From assembly GCF_009914755.1 (NCBI RefSeq), contig NC_060931.1: a stretch of 64,000 nucleotides of DNA; one strand, given 5' to 3'. The position numbers and the translations under genes are program-made. Numbering within the stretch: position 1 is the first letter of the stretch; each line of letters starts with the position of its first letter. The notes beneath the pieces were generated by a model. The model did no database searches, was not told where the DNA came from, and saw only the letters and a list, made by a program, of their open reading frames with translations. Origin of the DNA: the human T2T-CHM13v2.0 reference genome, Homo sapiens. Below, one piece after another: positions 13,562-33,150 of the stretch.

Positions 13562-14617
13562 CTATGGAAAACCAAGGAGAGGTGCCTAACCCAGTCTGAG
13601 GTGTTCAGAGAGGTCATCTTGGGCAATGTGTCATGAAACTGAGCCCTAAAGAAGGGTTTCCTCAAGCTTGGTATGACATTTTAGTCAGATAATTATTTGT
13701 TGTGGCAGCCATCCAAGATGATCAACAGATAAAGGGAAGCGCATTTAGTTTTGACTTAGGGAATATTGTGCTCCCTGGGTGACCCATGGTTAAGGCGCTG
13801 TAGTTCTTCCTTGACTGTCCAGAATGTCTTTCCTTTTCCTTAGCCAATGAGCCACCCAAGAAATGTTACTCCTGGGAGAAGCCTGTGCCTAACTGTGGTT
13901 TACAGAATTCAAAGGGAAGAGGTAGTATGGAGGACTCCTTGTGGCTTCACTCCTGGCCCAACCCAGGGCCTCAAAAGGACCTAAGGAACAACTACGCCCT
14001 GTTATGCCTGACCTATGGACCCTACCCTCTTGACCATATAATGGAAGTCAGCTAAGCTTAGTCCCACCTGGACCTAGAACATGGTGTTTGTTTCCCATAG
14101 GTGAATATATTTTTGAAAAATATATTTTTGAAAAATAAGTAAAACAAAACCAAATCAGGAAATAATCATTGAGAAGTTACAATATGAACACCTTAACAAA
14201 GATGAGTAACAATGTGGTGTTTTTTGCTAGAGAGTTCATTTCCAGGCAGGAAGTAGTGTGAAACAAGGTTTGAGAGAAATGATGCGGACCAGGCTTTGGA
14301 GGGCCTTATATTTTAAGCTAAAGATATTGAATTTTAAGCCAGTTGCCTTCAGACTTCTCTTATTAGTGGAGCACCCTTTTTTTCAAGTGAAATCTTGTTC
14401 GGAACCTTGGTAGATGATGTACTTGGAAGTGAAGTGGCCCTCCTTTAGGCAGCATTTAATTTTGGTTGGATTTAACAAAGAAAACTGAAGTGAAGCTCAT
14501 GGAATTGCAAAACTACAATTTTGTTTTTAAAAGAAAAACATTGATTGTAATGTGTAAAATTTACAAAACTGATACACTTTTAATTGGGATTATATTGGTT
14601 TATAAAAACATTTAGTG

Positions 14618-14926
14618 TTTTTTTTTTTTTTTTTTGAGACAGAGTCTCGCACTGTCTTCTGGGCTGGAGTGCAATGGCATGATCTCGGCTCACTGCAACC
14701 TCTGCCTCACGAGTTCAAGTGACTCTTCTGCCTCAGCTTCCTGAGTAGCTGGGATTGCAGGTGCGTGCCACCACACCCAGCTAATTTTTTTTGTGTGTGT
14801 GTGTTTTTAATAGAGATGGGGTTTCACCATGTTAGCCAGGATGGCCTTGATCTCCTGACCTCATGATCCGCCTGCCTCGGCCTCCCAAAGTGCTGGGATT
14901 ATAGGCGTGAGCCACCGTGCCTGGCT
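14618..14926 (-). mobile_element. AluS-like
   Basis: Antisense dimer; TSD aaaacatttagt. Confidence 0.93.
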
Positions 14927-14960
14927 CAAAACATTTAGTTTTAATAGGCATTTTAGGGTA

Positions 14961-15282
14961 TGTCTTAGTCCATTTGGGCTGCTATAACAAAATACCACAA
15001 ACTGGGTTCTTACAAACACAGAAGTTGATTTCTCGCAGTTTTGGAGGCTGGGATGTCCAAGATCAGGCACTGATGGATTCAGCATCTAGTAAGGGCCTGC
15101 TGTCTGGTTCATAGATGGCACCTTGTGTCCTCACATGGTAAAGGAGGTGAAGAATCTCTCCCTGGCCTCTTTTGTAAGTGCACTAATAAGGACACTTCCC
15201 AAGTTCCCATCTCCTAATACAGTCACATTGGTGATTAGGTTTTAACATGAATTTGGGGGGACACAAACATTCAGTCCATAAT
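14961..15282 (-). mobile_element. MaLR LTR (MLT1A-like)
   Basis: tgtcttagtccatttgggctgctataacaaaatacc ... ggggacacaaacattcagtccata termini. Confidence 0.78.
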
Positions 15283-16695
15283 GAGGTATAAAACTTAGAA
15301 GATTCCTGTTTTTTTAAAAAAAATTCTTTTTTTTTTTTAAGATTTAAAATGTAAGCCTAGTTCAGAGTATTTTGCCAAGATGAAGTGTAGGGCAAATTGG
15401 ATCTTTAAGTAGAGTAACCTATTACATTGATTAACTACTGTCAAAGAAAAGCCAAGCACATCAAGGGAATTATGGTTGGTACCCATCCAGATATTATACA
15501 TGAATTCATGGTTCCTCCTTGGTCCTTTTCTGAATTACCTGTCTAATGAAGAATTATTTCATTGTTTTTGAAAACATCCTTACATTTCCTCATTGCTGAA
15601 AATCATGTTTTCAAACATCAACCATTCATCACAATCACATACAGAACCTTTAAAAGACCTAAAATTTCTGATTCAGGAGGTCTGGGATAGGCCCAAGAAC
15701 TTGCGCTTCTAACAGGTTTCCCGGTGATGCTAATGTTCCTGGCCTGATTTCACTTTGAGAACCACTGCTTAAAATCATGCTACGTTTTGTTTGCTTCATT
15801 TGTGGACTCAGACTTTCTTGCTCCTACAGCCTGGGCTGCAGCCACACTGAAATAATTGTAGCTACAATTATTGCCACACCATTTATTTAATCAGTTCCTT
15901 TGAATGTGTTGTTTCCTGTGCCTGCAACACCTTTCTCTCACTTCATTTCTTCATCTGACCAACTCATGGTTGTATTTCAAGATTTAGTTCAGGTTTCCTT
16001 TCCCTAAGGAAGATCTCTCCAAGGCCCCCCTCTGTCTGGGATGTACTTCCTATGCTTTCATGAGACACTTGGCAAATGGAAAAGGGTTGATACTTTGAAG
16101 CTGGCTAGACTTTGTTTAAAGTCTTTCATTGACACTAACTGGTTTTGTAACATTGCATCAAATACTATCTCTCTCCGTGTCTCCATTTTCTTATCTATAA
16201 AACAGGGAAGATGGTGATGATGGTAATGATACCATCCAACATCTACTGAACATTTGTTATGTGCCAGGCAGTATGCTGAGCTCTCTGTGTGCCTTATCTC
16301 ATTTAGTTTTTATATTTACCCTTTCACACTCACCCATAGGTGCCTTAAACATCTTAATTTTATAGATGAGGGACTTGAGGCTCCCAGAAGTTGAGGAGCT
16401 TGTCCTCCGTCCCACAGTTGGAAGATGGTAGAGCCAGGCTGTGGACTCAGGTCTTTGTCTTCATCTATACTTTTAGCTCTTGTTGTATATACTTACAGCA
16501 TTTATGAAGACAAACTAAAACAGTGTGACAGTGGCTAAGCACACGTTTTAGAGTCAGACAGACATAGGTTCAAATCCTAGCACTGTCCTTTATTGATTAT
16601 GTGACCTTGAGTGAGTTATTTGGTTTTGTCTAGTCTTGGTTATCTCATCTTTCCTTTAGTTTTCTTATCCTGGAAATGGGAATGATAATATGTTA

Positions 16696-17221
16696 GATCC
16701 CCCTTATCTGCAGATGATATGTTCCAAGACCCCAGTGGATGCCCGAAACCCCACTGATGGTACCGAGCCCTATATATACTATGTTTTTTCCTGTGCATAT
16801 ATACCTGTGGTTAATTTATAAATCAAGCACAGTAAGATTAACAGCAGTAACTAATTATAAAGTAGAACAATTATAACAATATGCCAGTATTACTACTTTT
16901 GAGCTTTATGGCCATGATTAAGTTAAACAAGAGTTACTTCAACGTAAGCACTGCGATACTGCTACAGTCCATCTGATAACAGAGGGCTACTAAGTGACTA
17001 ATGGTGGGTAGTGAGTGTACATTGCATGGACGTGTTGAACAAAGGGATGATTTACATCCCAGTCTAGACAGAGTGAGACAATGTTAGATTTCATCATGCT
17101 ACTGAGAATGACATGCAATTTAAAACTTATGAGTTGTTTATTTCTGGAGTTTCCCATTTAATGTTTTCAGACCACAGTTGACTGCAGAGAACTACCTGAA
17201 ACTGTGGATAAAGGCTTACTG
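16696..17221. mobile_element. Tigger-derived MITE (MER44-like) inserted in a MIR
   Basis: Terminal inverted repeats cccccttatctgcag / ctgtggataaagg; MIR sequence on both sides. Confidence 0.7.
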
Positions 17222-18133
17222 AAATAGTATCCATTAAGGATGATAATAATAACTATCCATAGGGTTGTCGTGAGGATTTAGTTAGAATGACTATAAAGCC
17301 CTTAGCCAAGTGCCTGGTATATAATGAGAGGTTGAAAATGTTACCTGTTGTCTTTATTATTATAATAATAAGGATGATAATAATACCGATTGCAGATGAT
17401 GGTAAGTAGTATTTATAGAGTTGTGAGAATTAAATTACTACAAAGCCTTTAGAATAGCACCTGGCACATAGAAATTGTTCAAAGTGGTACTTATTAGTAT
17501 GTTATTTTTATTGTCGAACGCTTATGCACTGTTCCCCTCCCTCTCCCCATCCCAAAATAATGAGTGTGAAACACCTAGGTTAGTAGCAAGTGCACCACAG
17601 GCTTTTGTTAATGTTCTTACACATGCTCCTGTAAGCTTGTTTAGGGCAAAGGTAGTCTTGAAGTCATGAAATGTTTGTCTCAATGAAGCAAAGTAAGCAC
17701 CCGATTTGAATAGCTCTAGTAGGAAACTAACATGGCAGGTTGGGAATGCTGGCATTACAGTAACAATAATCTCTGAAACTACTTGGAGGTGACCTTTGAT
17801 ATTTCATTGTCATGTTTTCCCTTTTTCCTTTGTTTCTTTGTTTAGTTTGCCTGTTGGTAAACTTTATATAAATGGGATCATGGTCTGTGTTTTTTTCGGT
17901 CAGGTTCTTTTTTTTTTTCTCTGGCCTAACATTTTCTTTTGAGATTTACCTGTGTTGTGGTATATAGCTATATCATCAGTTTTAATTGCCAAAATACTAT
18001 TCTCTGGTATAATATAGATTATTTATACATTTTTACTATTGATGAACATTTGGATTGTTTTTAGTTTGGAGCTAAGGACATTTTTGAAGGTGTTTCCTTC
18101 AAGAGTTTCTCTAAGATATACACTTTGGATTAG

Positions 18134-18746
<613 letters not shown>

Positions 18747-19085
18747 AGTAGCTTATCTTTTAACTTCCTTTTTAATATCTTTTTTGTCAATGACCTCACT
18801 TTAACAGAATTAAGAAAAATAAGAAAAATCTTTTGATGAATTTAAGTTTTAAACTTGTATTTACCAATCTTTTTCTTTAGAATTTTTTGTAAAAAAATTC
18901 TTCCATACTCTGAGGTCATAAAAATAGTTTCCCATGTTTTTTCCAAAACTTAAAACAAATTTCTTTTCATGTTAATCTGGAATTTATTAATCAATATGGA
19001 ATTTATTTTCTTGTGTGAGGTGCAGATTCATTTTCATATTTTTTCTATAAAGATGACCAGTTTCCCGGAACCATCTATGGAAATA

Positions 19086-19400
19086 CAGTCAGTACTTTGG
19101 ATCCATGGGTTCCACATCCATAGATTCAACTAACCTCAGGTCAAAAACATTCAGGGGGGAAAAATTCCACAGAGTTCCCAAAATTACAACTTGAGCTTGC
19201 CATGTGCTGAATACTACATTGAATCTACGTGAATGAAGTGATGTGTGGGCATCGTTAGGTTAGGTATTATAAGTAATCTAGAGATGATTTAAAGTATAAG
19301 GGAAGATGTATGTAGGTTATATGTAAATACTGTGCCATTTTATATGAGAGATTTGGGCATCTGTGGATTTTGGCATTTGTGGGGAGTCCAGAAACCTAGG
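19086..19400. mobile_element. Tigger3-family MITE
   Basis: atccatgggttccacatccatagattcaactaacc ... ttaggtattataagtaatctagagatgatttaaagtata. Confidence 0.7.
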
Positions 19401-19479
19401 GGATTGTCCTAATGACATGCAGTACCAGCTAGGTTAAACATCAGGTTTCCATGTATGCATTATTCTTTTAGTGAGATCG

Positions 19480-21287
<1,808 letters not shown>

Positions 21288-21289
21288 TT

Positions 21290-21497
21290 AAGTGGGGACA
21301 GTTTGTTCCCTAGGGGACATTTGGCAATGTCTGGAGACTTTTTGGTCATCACAGTTGGGGAAGTGGAGGTGATACTGCTGGCCTCAAATAGAAAGAGGCC
21401 AGGGTGTTGCTAAACATCCTGCAATTATAGGACAGCTACTACAACAAAGAATTTATTCAGCCCCAAATGTCAGCTGTGCCAAGGTTGAGAAACTGTA
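21290..21497. mobile_element. MER20 (hAT-Charlie)
   Basis: ggggacatttggcaatgtctggagac ... ccccaaatgtc...gccaaggttgagaaac. Confidence 0.75.
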
Positions 21498-22416
21498 TTT
21501 TAAAGGGAATGCCTTAAACAATATTTTATTATTATGCAGAATTCCAAACACAAAAATAAATTGGTAAACAGAATTCCCAATACCAACAGTTAACTATTGT
21601 AGGCCAGTATTTAACTCCTTTCCTTCCCCCAACTTCTGCTGACTTATTTTAAAACAAATACAAGATATCACATCATTCCATCTGTAAATACTTCTCTGTG
21701 TGTCACTAAAGTAGAGGTTCCCAAATTATGGTTTCAGAATACCCAAAAAATCCTTCAGACCCTCCCAGAAGATCTCCAAGGCTAAAACTATTTTCACAAT
21801 GGTACTAAGATGTTATTTGAATTTTCATTCTGTTGACATTTGTGCTGATAGTGCAAAAGAGTTGAAAATTGTGGATGCCTTAGCACAAATCAAGGCTCTG
21901 GCACCAAACTGTACTTAGTGGTCATTGTACTTTTAGTACTGTCAAATTCTCTTCTGCTTAAAAAAAAAACCAACTAGATTTAAGTAAGAATGTGATTCAT
22001 GAAGCAGTACAGTTTTTTTTAGTCTTCTACCTAATGGTTTTAGTGATCATTGATGAATCATTGCCCAGACCTACTATTTTATTAAGTCTGGCCAAATGGT
22101 GGTAGTCTAATTTAAAATTTCCTTCTGTATTCATTAATGATATTTTTCTATAAAGAAGACTGTGCTTATACCAACTGTTTAGTTACTCCTAAATATCCTT
22201 TGTGTAGGAAATGGAGGAAAATGATTTATTTATTTTTTCCCAGAACAGAGTTCACTCTAAAGGGAATATGTTTAATGAATTTTGTTGTATTTATTTTAAT
22301 GTACATTATTGGTATATGCTGTTAGTTTTCTTTCTCTTTGTTGATATCTTTTATCAAGTTAAAGAATTTCTCTTCTATTTCTAGTTCACTAAGAGTTTTC
22401 AAAGTTAATGGATATT

Positions 22417-24000
22417 GTATTCATTTTCCATTGCTGTGTAGTAAGTTACCCCAGAATTTAGTGGCTGAAAACAACAAACATAAAAGTTTCTGTGTGTCAG
22501 GAATATGGACACAGCATAGCTGGATCTTCTGCTTCAGAGTCCCTCACAAGGCTGCATCAGGGCTCGACTGGGGAAGGAATGATTTCCTAGTTCATGTGGT
22601 ATTTGGCAAGATTCAGTTCCTTCTCTGTCTTAGGTGGAGGGCCTTAGTTTCTTGCTGTGTGTTTCTGTATATGGCTACTTAACATGGCAGCAGGCAAACA
22701 AGAAGAGCCAGAGAAAGTAAAGAAGATGGAAGTTACATCTTTTCCAGCCTTATCTCAGAAGTGACATCCTATCACTTTTGCCATATTCATGAGAATCAAA
22801 TTCCTAGGCCCAGCTAAAATCAAGTAGACGGGATTACACGAAGGTAGGAATATCAGGAGTTGGGAACCATCAGGTGCTATTTTAGAAGCAGCCTTCCAGC
22901 CTGCCCTGTGGCCCCCAATGACTCATGTCTCTTGCATATGGCCCTCTTAATTTGCCCCTTCCTCCAGGTCTCCAAAAGTCTCATTCTGTTACAGCATCAG
23001 CTCAAAGTCCAGAATCTTGTCATCTAAATCAGGTCCAGTTGTGAGTGAGGCTTATGGGTGAAGTTTCTTTTTTTTCTTGAGACAGCATCTCACTCTGTTG
23101 CCTAGGCTGGAGTGCAGTGGCGCAGTCATGGCTCACTGCAGTCTCAACCTCCTGGGTTCAAGTGATCCTCCTGCCCCAGCCTCCTGAGTAGCTGGGATTA
23201 CAGTTGTGTGCCACCACACCTGGCTAATTTTTTTATTTTTAGTGGAGATAGGGTTTCGCTATGTTGCCCAGGCTGGTTTCAAACTCCTGGGCTCAGCCCC
23301 CCAAAGTGCTAGGATTACAGGTGTGAGCCACTGCACCTGGCCAAAGTTTTTAAAATACAGTTCCTTGTGTACAGTTCCATTCAGTCTGTAGAAATGTGAC
23401 ATTAAAGATACAAGTTATCCTCCCTTCCCTATATCCAGTATACAAGGGTGGAACAGGCATGGGATAATAGACATTCCTGTTTAAAGGAGGGAAAATAGGA
23501 GGCACAGAAGTGTTACTAGTCCATATCAATTCTGAAATCCAGCCAGGATGTTAGAAGTTCCTTGATTCCACCTCTGAGTTATTCTTCCTTTTTCATGAAA
23601 GGTAGCATGTGTTAGCAGCTGTGTAGTTTTTTATTAGTCTGCTTCCTGCCAGTAGAATTTTGGGAGTCTAGTGACCTCTTTTCGTGTTATACTATTTCTG
23701 GGTTTTTTTGGTCCAGCCTGGCAGTGTTGCTGCTGATATAATTTTCTCAAAAACTTTGTCAGTCCTTTGTGAAACTCACTGGTGTTCATTCCATTGGGTA
23801 ATAGTCACACCCACGAATCTAAGGTACACCCTTCTTTACTTTGTGATCTTTCTCAGATGGCTGAGGGACAATGTTCTTAAGTTTCCTAGAGCCCCTGTTG
23901 TTGAGTCGCGAGGACCTATTAGGCACACCCTTAATTTCTTTAAAGAGCCCTTTGTATGACAGAATTACTGGGAACCATTTTCCAAGTAGCCCACCACAAA
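22417..24000 (-). mobile_element. MaLR LTR (MLT1F/G-like, ~22417-22890) plus adjoining internal sequence, split by an Alu
   Basis: LTR-like start tgtattcattttccattgctgtgtagtaagttacccc; internal-type motif gcatcagctcaaagtccagaatc. Right boundary uncertain. Confidence 0.55.
23064..23342 (-). mobile_element. AluJ-like
   Basis: Antisense dimer. Confidence 0.9.
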
Positions 24001-25719
24001 GGTTGTATTTTGTCAAATTGAAGGAGTCATCTGACTTTCCTTAATCATAAGCTACAAATATAATAAGCTACATTAATAGATTTTCTAATATTTATTTAAC
24101 TTTGAATTTCTGGAAAAAACCCAACTTGGTAATGATTTATCATCTGAGCTTTGTTTTTGGCTTTGGTATGCTAATTTTTGGCTTAGGATTTTTATATCTA
24201 TTTCATGAGTGACACTGACCTGTAATTTTCCCTTTTCTTACTCTCTATGTCTGTTTTTTTTTAATATAGTTATGCTTCCCTTACAAATTACTTTTGATTG
24301 TCTTTTCCCTCAATTTTGGATCACATTTTCCTGATGCTCTCATTTGAGTAATTTTGGAGTTATATTTTGTGTTTCTAAGTCCTGTTAAAATCCTTGGAAG
24401 AATGCTGATTTTATTTTTGTTTTGGTAGACTGTCAGGCTGGTTAGGTTCTAAACCACAAGTTTTCTCACCTGTGAATAGTATTTCCAGTATCAGTTCAAA
24501 GACTGTGCTATGCTACTTTGGGTCTTTCCTATCCACAGACCATTTATTAGTTAGTTTGGAGCTTTGGCAACAGTTTATATTTTAATTTATTCTCAGAGCC
24601 TTTGCTGTGCTTCCCTGAATCTCTCTTATGTGTGAGCTAGAAGTTGTGCTGGTTCATGTGCAAAATTACGGGAAACCCTTTCTCTGGCTCATCTTTTCCT
24701 GGATTCCCCACATCTCTCTGGCTCACAGAGGCTCCTTTCATTGTTATTCTAGTCAGACGTTTGGATTTCTTTCAGAGCTTTAGCTGCCTGCGATGCGTTT
24801 CTGTATGGCTGGTGCCACCCTTAGGGTGAAGAGCTCAGAAAAAGTGTTAAAAATAATGAGAATGATTCTTACGCTCCTTAGACCACTGTGGTCTTTCCCA
24901 ATTATTTTTGCCTGAAATGAGGGGTTTTGCCCAGAGTTTTTGCTGCTCACATTTGTGCATAGTGTGGACTTACGGTTCTAATTTTATTCTAAGGATCTTT
25001 ATATTTCTCAGGGTTTTTTGTTTTGTTTTTTGAAAAAGTCTTAGTTTCTTAGCAGGTTATTTTTGGTTTATTTAATTCTGGGTTGGCAATAATTTTCTCT
25101 TAGTGTTTTGAAGATATTATTCCACCATCCACTAGTTGCAGTGGTTGCTGTTGAAAAACCTGCTGTCAATAATTGTCAGGCCTTTGTTATATGTCATTTC
25201 TCTGACCACTTTAAGCTCTTTATCTTTTGTGTATTTTGTTTTTATTACTGTATTTTGTGAGTAGGTGTGGATTCCTTTTTTTGTTTAGCTTGGTAAATGC
25301 TCTTCTTGTAAATATAATTTTAGTTTCTTTAGACAACATAGGGCTATTTAAATTGTTTCTTAAGTGAGCTTTGGTAGTTTGTCTTTCAAGGAATTTGTTC
25401 ATTTCCTCTAAGTTGTTGAATTTATGGGCATAAAGTTGTTCATAATCCTTATTATCATTTTCAATCCATAGAATCTGTAGTGATCTGTAGAACCTTGCAT
25501 TCCTGAAATCAGTAATTTTTACTTGGAACGTGTTGAGCTCTTTGGATCAGTGAGTTTTATAGTTTATATAAAATTTGGAAAATTGTGTACTTTTTTTTTC
25601 CAAATTTTTTTTCTCTTCTTTCTCCTTTCCTTCAGGACTCCAATTACACATATATGAGACTGTTGGAAATGTTTCCATAGTTCACTGATTTTTTTCAATT
25701 TTATTTTCAAAAATAGGCT

Positions 25720-26220
25720 TTGTTTTTTATAGCAGTTCTGGATTCATGGCAAACTTGAACAGAAAGTGTAGAGAGTTCCCATATATGACTTATCCACACA
25801 CATGCACTGCCTACCCCAATATCAGTATCCTACTGGTATATTTATTACAATCGATGAATTTATATTGACACATTATTATAACCCAAAGTCCATAGTTTAC
25901 ATTAACGTTCACTCTTGGCATTGTATATTCTGTGGGTTTTGACAAATGTATACTACCATATATCTACCATTTTAGTATCATACAGAATATTTTAACTGTC
26001 CTAAAAATCCTCCGTGTTCCCCCTATTTATCCTTTCCTTTTTCAGCCCCTTGGCAACCACTGATTTTTTATTCTAGCCATAGTTTTGCCTTTTCCAGAAT
26101 GTCATGGAGTTGGAATCATACAGTATGTATTCTTTTCAGATTGGGCTCTTTCACTTAGTAATATGCTCTTTACTCCATGTCGTCTCATGTCTTGATAGTT
26201 TATTTCTTTTTAGCACTGCT
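25720..26220 (-). mobile_element. L1MC-type 3' end fragment
   Basis: acccaaagtccatagtttacatta...ttcactcttggcattgtatattctgtgggttttgacaaatgtata. Confidence 0.6.
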
Positions 26221-26227
26221 GTCAATA

Positions 26228-26557
26228 CAGCTTAAGTATCTCTTATCCGAAATGCTTGGACTAGAAGTGTTTCCAATTTTGGATTATTTTGGATTTTGAA
26301 ATATTTGCATATACCTGATTAGATATCTTGAGAATGGGATATAAGTCTAAATATGAAATTCATTTATGTTTCATATTACACCTTATGCACATAGCCTCAA
26401 GGTGATTTTATACAATATTTTGAATAATTTTGTTAATGAAACAAAGTCTGTGTTAAGTATGTGTGGAATTTCCCACTTGTGGAGTCAATGTGAATGTCAC
26501 AAAATTTCGTATTTTGGAGCATTTCAGATTTTTAGATTAGGGATGCTCAACGTGTAC
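26228..26557. mobile_element. Tigger4/MER46-family MITE
   Basis: TIR-like ends tacagcttaagtatctcttatccgaaa / agattagggatgctcaacgtgta with TA flanks. Confidence 0.7.
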
Positions 26558-27809
26558 TTGAATGACTGTACTCCATAATAACTGTGGAATAATCTGTGGA
26601 ATAACTGTTTTAATGCATTTGGTAATTCTAACATCTGTGTTATTTAAAAATGAGTATTTTTCTCATTACGAGTTGTGTTTCCCTGTTTATTTGCATGCCT
26701 GATAATATTTGGATGCCAGATGTTGTAAATTTTACTTTTTTGGTTGCTGGATATTTTTTGTTTGTTTTATTTTTGTTTGCTGGATATTTTTGTAGTTCTG
26801 CAAATATTCTTGAGCTTTGTTCTGGGATGCAGTTAACTTACTTGACCAGTTTGATCTTTGGGGTTTTTGCTTTTATGATTTGTTAGGTGAGTCTGAAGAA
26901 ATACTTAGTCTGTGCCTGATTATTCCCTATTACTGAGTCAAGACCTGGCTGAGTACTCTACTAATATCCAATAAATTATGAGTTTGTCCACTCTGGGTGG
27001 TAAGAGCAAGCACTATTCCTTGTTCTATGTGAGTTCTGGGCACAGTTCCCTGTAAATTCGTTCTTTCCATTTAGCACATCTCCAGAATTCTCTCTGTATA
27101 CAGCTCTCTCCTCTTTGATTCTCTGGCCTGAAAACTCCAACCAGGACTTTCAGCTCCATTTCTCAACTTAGAGTCTGCTGGGCTCTGCCTGGGACCCCCT
27201 TCTTATACCACAGTCTGGATATTTTCTCAAGGCAGTAAGCTGGGGCAATTATGGGGATCACTTTTTTCCCCATTTCTCGGGAAACAGTCTTCTTCATTGC
27301 CCCTAATATCCAGTGTTTTGAAAATTGTTGTGCAACGTATATTGTCTTTTTTTTTTTTTTTTTGGTTCTTTCGGGTTGGATTACTTTGAAGCCTTTCATT
27401 TATAGATATTTCAATATGGTCCTTTGAAAGATAAGCACTCTTTACTTTTTTCTGAAACCTTTTATATTATCTGAACTCATCACGTGTGGGCAGCACTGTG
27501 TTGCTGTGTTCATGAAACATTTATAAGTTATGTACTAGTTTGCTTTATTTCCCAGTATATCAGTTTTGTTCAGTAACAATCATTTGATAGATTAGTGCTC
27601 ACCTTTAAATTTTTTAAAATTTTGGGCAGCTGATGGCTATGTGTGTTATCTCCTATTTCTTTATGTTATCCTGGATTCAGAGCCATAGAATACTACCTAG
27701 ATTCTTTAGGAAAGTCTTTGTGTGCCTGACATTCTGTTTATTCTTTTCATATATTTAAAAAAATATATTTAATACATGTATTTTTCCATAAAATATATGT
27801 TGTCATATT

Positions 27810-28020
27810 GGGTTCAGATCTTGGCTTTACCACTTACTGACTGTGGGACCTTGAATCAGATACCTAACCTTTGTATGCCTCATTTTCTTCATGTGTAAAA
27901 TGGTGATAGTAATGGCATTTACGTCATAGGGTTGTTAATAAGGTTTAAATGCATTAATAATATGTAAAGAGCTTAGGATAGTATCTGGCATCTAAGTGCT
28001 ATAAATGTGTGTTAGCTCTT
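27810..28020 (+). mobile_element. MIR
   Basis: gggttcagatcttggctttaccacttactgactgtgggaccttg...cctcattttcttcatgtgtaaaatgg core. Confidence 0.75.
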
Positions 28021-28929
28021 ATTATTTTTACCACAACTACCACCACCACTGCATATATTACTGCTAGTGTCCATGCCAGGAGAACCATGTCTGTTCCCTA
28101 GGTGGCATATGGGTGTGTGTATGTAAAGATGAGGTGACTGTGTGGTCTTGTGCTGCTCTCTCTGAGCCCTCCTTGGCCTCTGGAGTAATAGTATTGCTGT
28201 CCACCTGGTCAATGTGTCCTGCTGATAAGTGCTGTTGCAGTCTGTGGTCAGCAAATGGTCCAGTGGTTCTCCTTGCTTCACTGGCCTCACCTTGGCTCAT
28301 GCTGACTCTGAGGTTTGGGTGTCATATTCTTTAAGCCCTGGACCTGGGCAGTAAGACAAATAGCCCTTAGTTACTGAATCTCTTTGCCTCCCCTGGGGCA
28401 AAACCCTGTCCTTCAGTGATTTTGCTAGCAGAATCCCCACCTCCCTTCCTCTTCTTTCATTGGGCATACAGAAAATTTGGGATGCCTTTTATGCCTTGTG
28501 GGAGCCAGAGAACTCTGGATAACTAAATCCATGCCCTCCTTCCTCCTAACCCTTCTATGTTGATGATTCCGCCCCCACATTTTCATTAAGGGTCATCTTG
28601 TGTAGCAGTCTCCTCCCAGAACCCCAAATGGGAGATGGATCAAAGATGCCTGTTTTTTTAGCTTTTTCTTCCATCTGCCTAGCATGTCTTTTCCCTTTTG
28701 GAACTCTATCCTGGAGAGAGGAGATGAGAACAGACTTGTGTCACTGCTGCTTCCTTCCCACTGTTCTCTTCTCCTGTCATGAAGACACCAGAAGTCTAGG
28801 CCGGGTAGACTTTCCATTTCCTCTTCCACTTTCCTTTGGGCATGATGGCAGGTGTGATACTGGGAAGGGGGAATCTGCTTGCTGATAAGGAAATGTGTGT
28901 TGGGAGATATTTTAAAAAATATAATCCTT

Positions 28930-29296
<367 letters not shown>

Positions 29297-29889
29297 TTAG
29301 GGTAAAGGTGGGGGTGCCAGTTTAGATGGGAATTAGGGAAGGTTTCTCTGAGGACATAACACTTGAACAATTTCAAGGCTGTTTTGTAGTATTGACAAAA
29401 TTTAATACTAGGATCAAGATTGCTTGTGCACAAAGCCAAAAGATGGGCTCTCTTATGCCCTCTTCTTCCCATACTGCAGTTAGTACATTCTGTTTTCTGC
29501 AGTGGTAACTCTTTCTGGCCTAATTGCTCAGTTTCTCATACTAGTCTCTGTAACACATTTATTCTGCTTATCACTATAGAGTCCTAGTATGTAGAGGCTG
29601 ACAAAAACCTGAGGCAATATTTCTTCAAGCAAGCTACCGGTTTCAGAACCATCTGGAACACTTAAAATTGCTCCTCTCGAACCCACTCCAGTGTCATAAT
29701 TACTAACAGTTTCATTTGGAATCTGATACTGTTGAATTTATCATATTACTTGAGGACGAGCAGTTTGTTATTGTTATCTTTTTAGCCACACAGCATTGTA
29801 AATTCTAAGTAAATGCTTGATAAATTGATTTATTAGGAAGCTAGGAGAGAGGCATTTCAAGTGGTTTAAAAAGTTTTGCTATTTGGGGG

Positions 29890-32190
<2,301 letters not shown>

Positions 32191-32406
32191 CATCGGTTAA
32201 CTTAGCACTGGCCCAAGCTGGTTCCCAGAAAAAGGAGACCGTCCAATAATCAACTGCCAGAGGACAGGAAGGATGAAACCATATTTTTCTCTCCTCTTCA
32301 CTTTCAGGAGCCCTGCACACTTCCCATATTTCAGTATATAATTTTTGAGTAAATTAGCAAGGTGAGATCTTTTCACCAGTCTAATTCTACTAAAAAAAAA
32401 AAAAAG

Positions 32407-33150
32407 TAGGCTTAGTATTATTAGTCCATAGGGAATGCAGTTTAAAACCACAGTGAGATACCCCTCTATATTCACCAGAATGGTTAATATTAAATGAATG
32501 GACATTACAGAGTAATGGCAAGGATAATGTTGGTAGGAGTTAAACTAGTATAACCATTTGGGGAAACTATATATTATGGCTACTTAGCAAAACATGCCTA
32601 GCTTATAACCCTACAAATCCACTCCTACATATATTCACAACATAAAGAAGTTATACACTTTAAAAATTACACTAAAAGACTTACAGAAGAATATTTATAG
32701 CAGCACTATTCATAGTAATAGCTGAAAGCTAGAAATGGATCCAAGTACCTATCAACAGGGGGATGTATAAATAAAATACATTATATTCATGCAATTAGAT
32801 ATTACTCAGCAATAAAAAGAAGCAAACCAGTGATACATACAACATGGTTGAAGCTCAGAAATATACTAAGTGTACACAGCCAGCTGCAAATAAGTATATA
32901 CTGTAGGTTTCCATTTATATGAAGTTCAAAAGTAGCTAAAACCAATCTTTTGTGATAGTAGTTAGAATAGTGGTTATTCTAGGGGGCTGACTGGGAGGCA
33001 ACACAAAAGAGACTGTTGAGGGGCTAGAAATGATCACTGTCCTATCTAGGTGGTGGTTACATGGCTGTATATATAAAATTTTGAGTTACACACTTCAGAC
33101 AGTGTTGCTGTTAAGATCTGTGTATACTCCATATTATGAAAGATAATTTT
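32407..33150 (+). mobile_element. Ancient L1M 3' end
   Basis: gaatgcagtttaaaaccacagtgagatac ... agaatatttatagcagcactattcatagtaatagc. Confidence 0.65.

Noticed and set aside
13730-14100. Unassigned moderately GC-rich segment
   Set aside because: I could not match it to a repeat, RNA gene or coding sequence; nothing supportable without a search.
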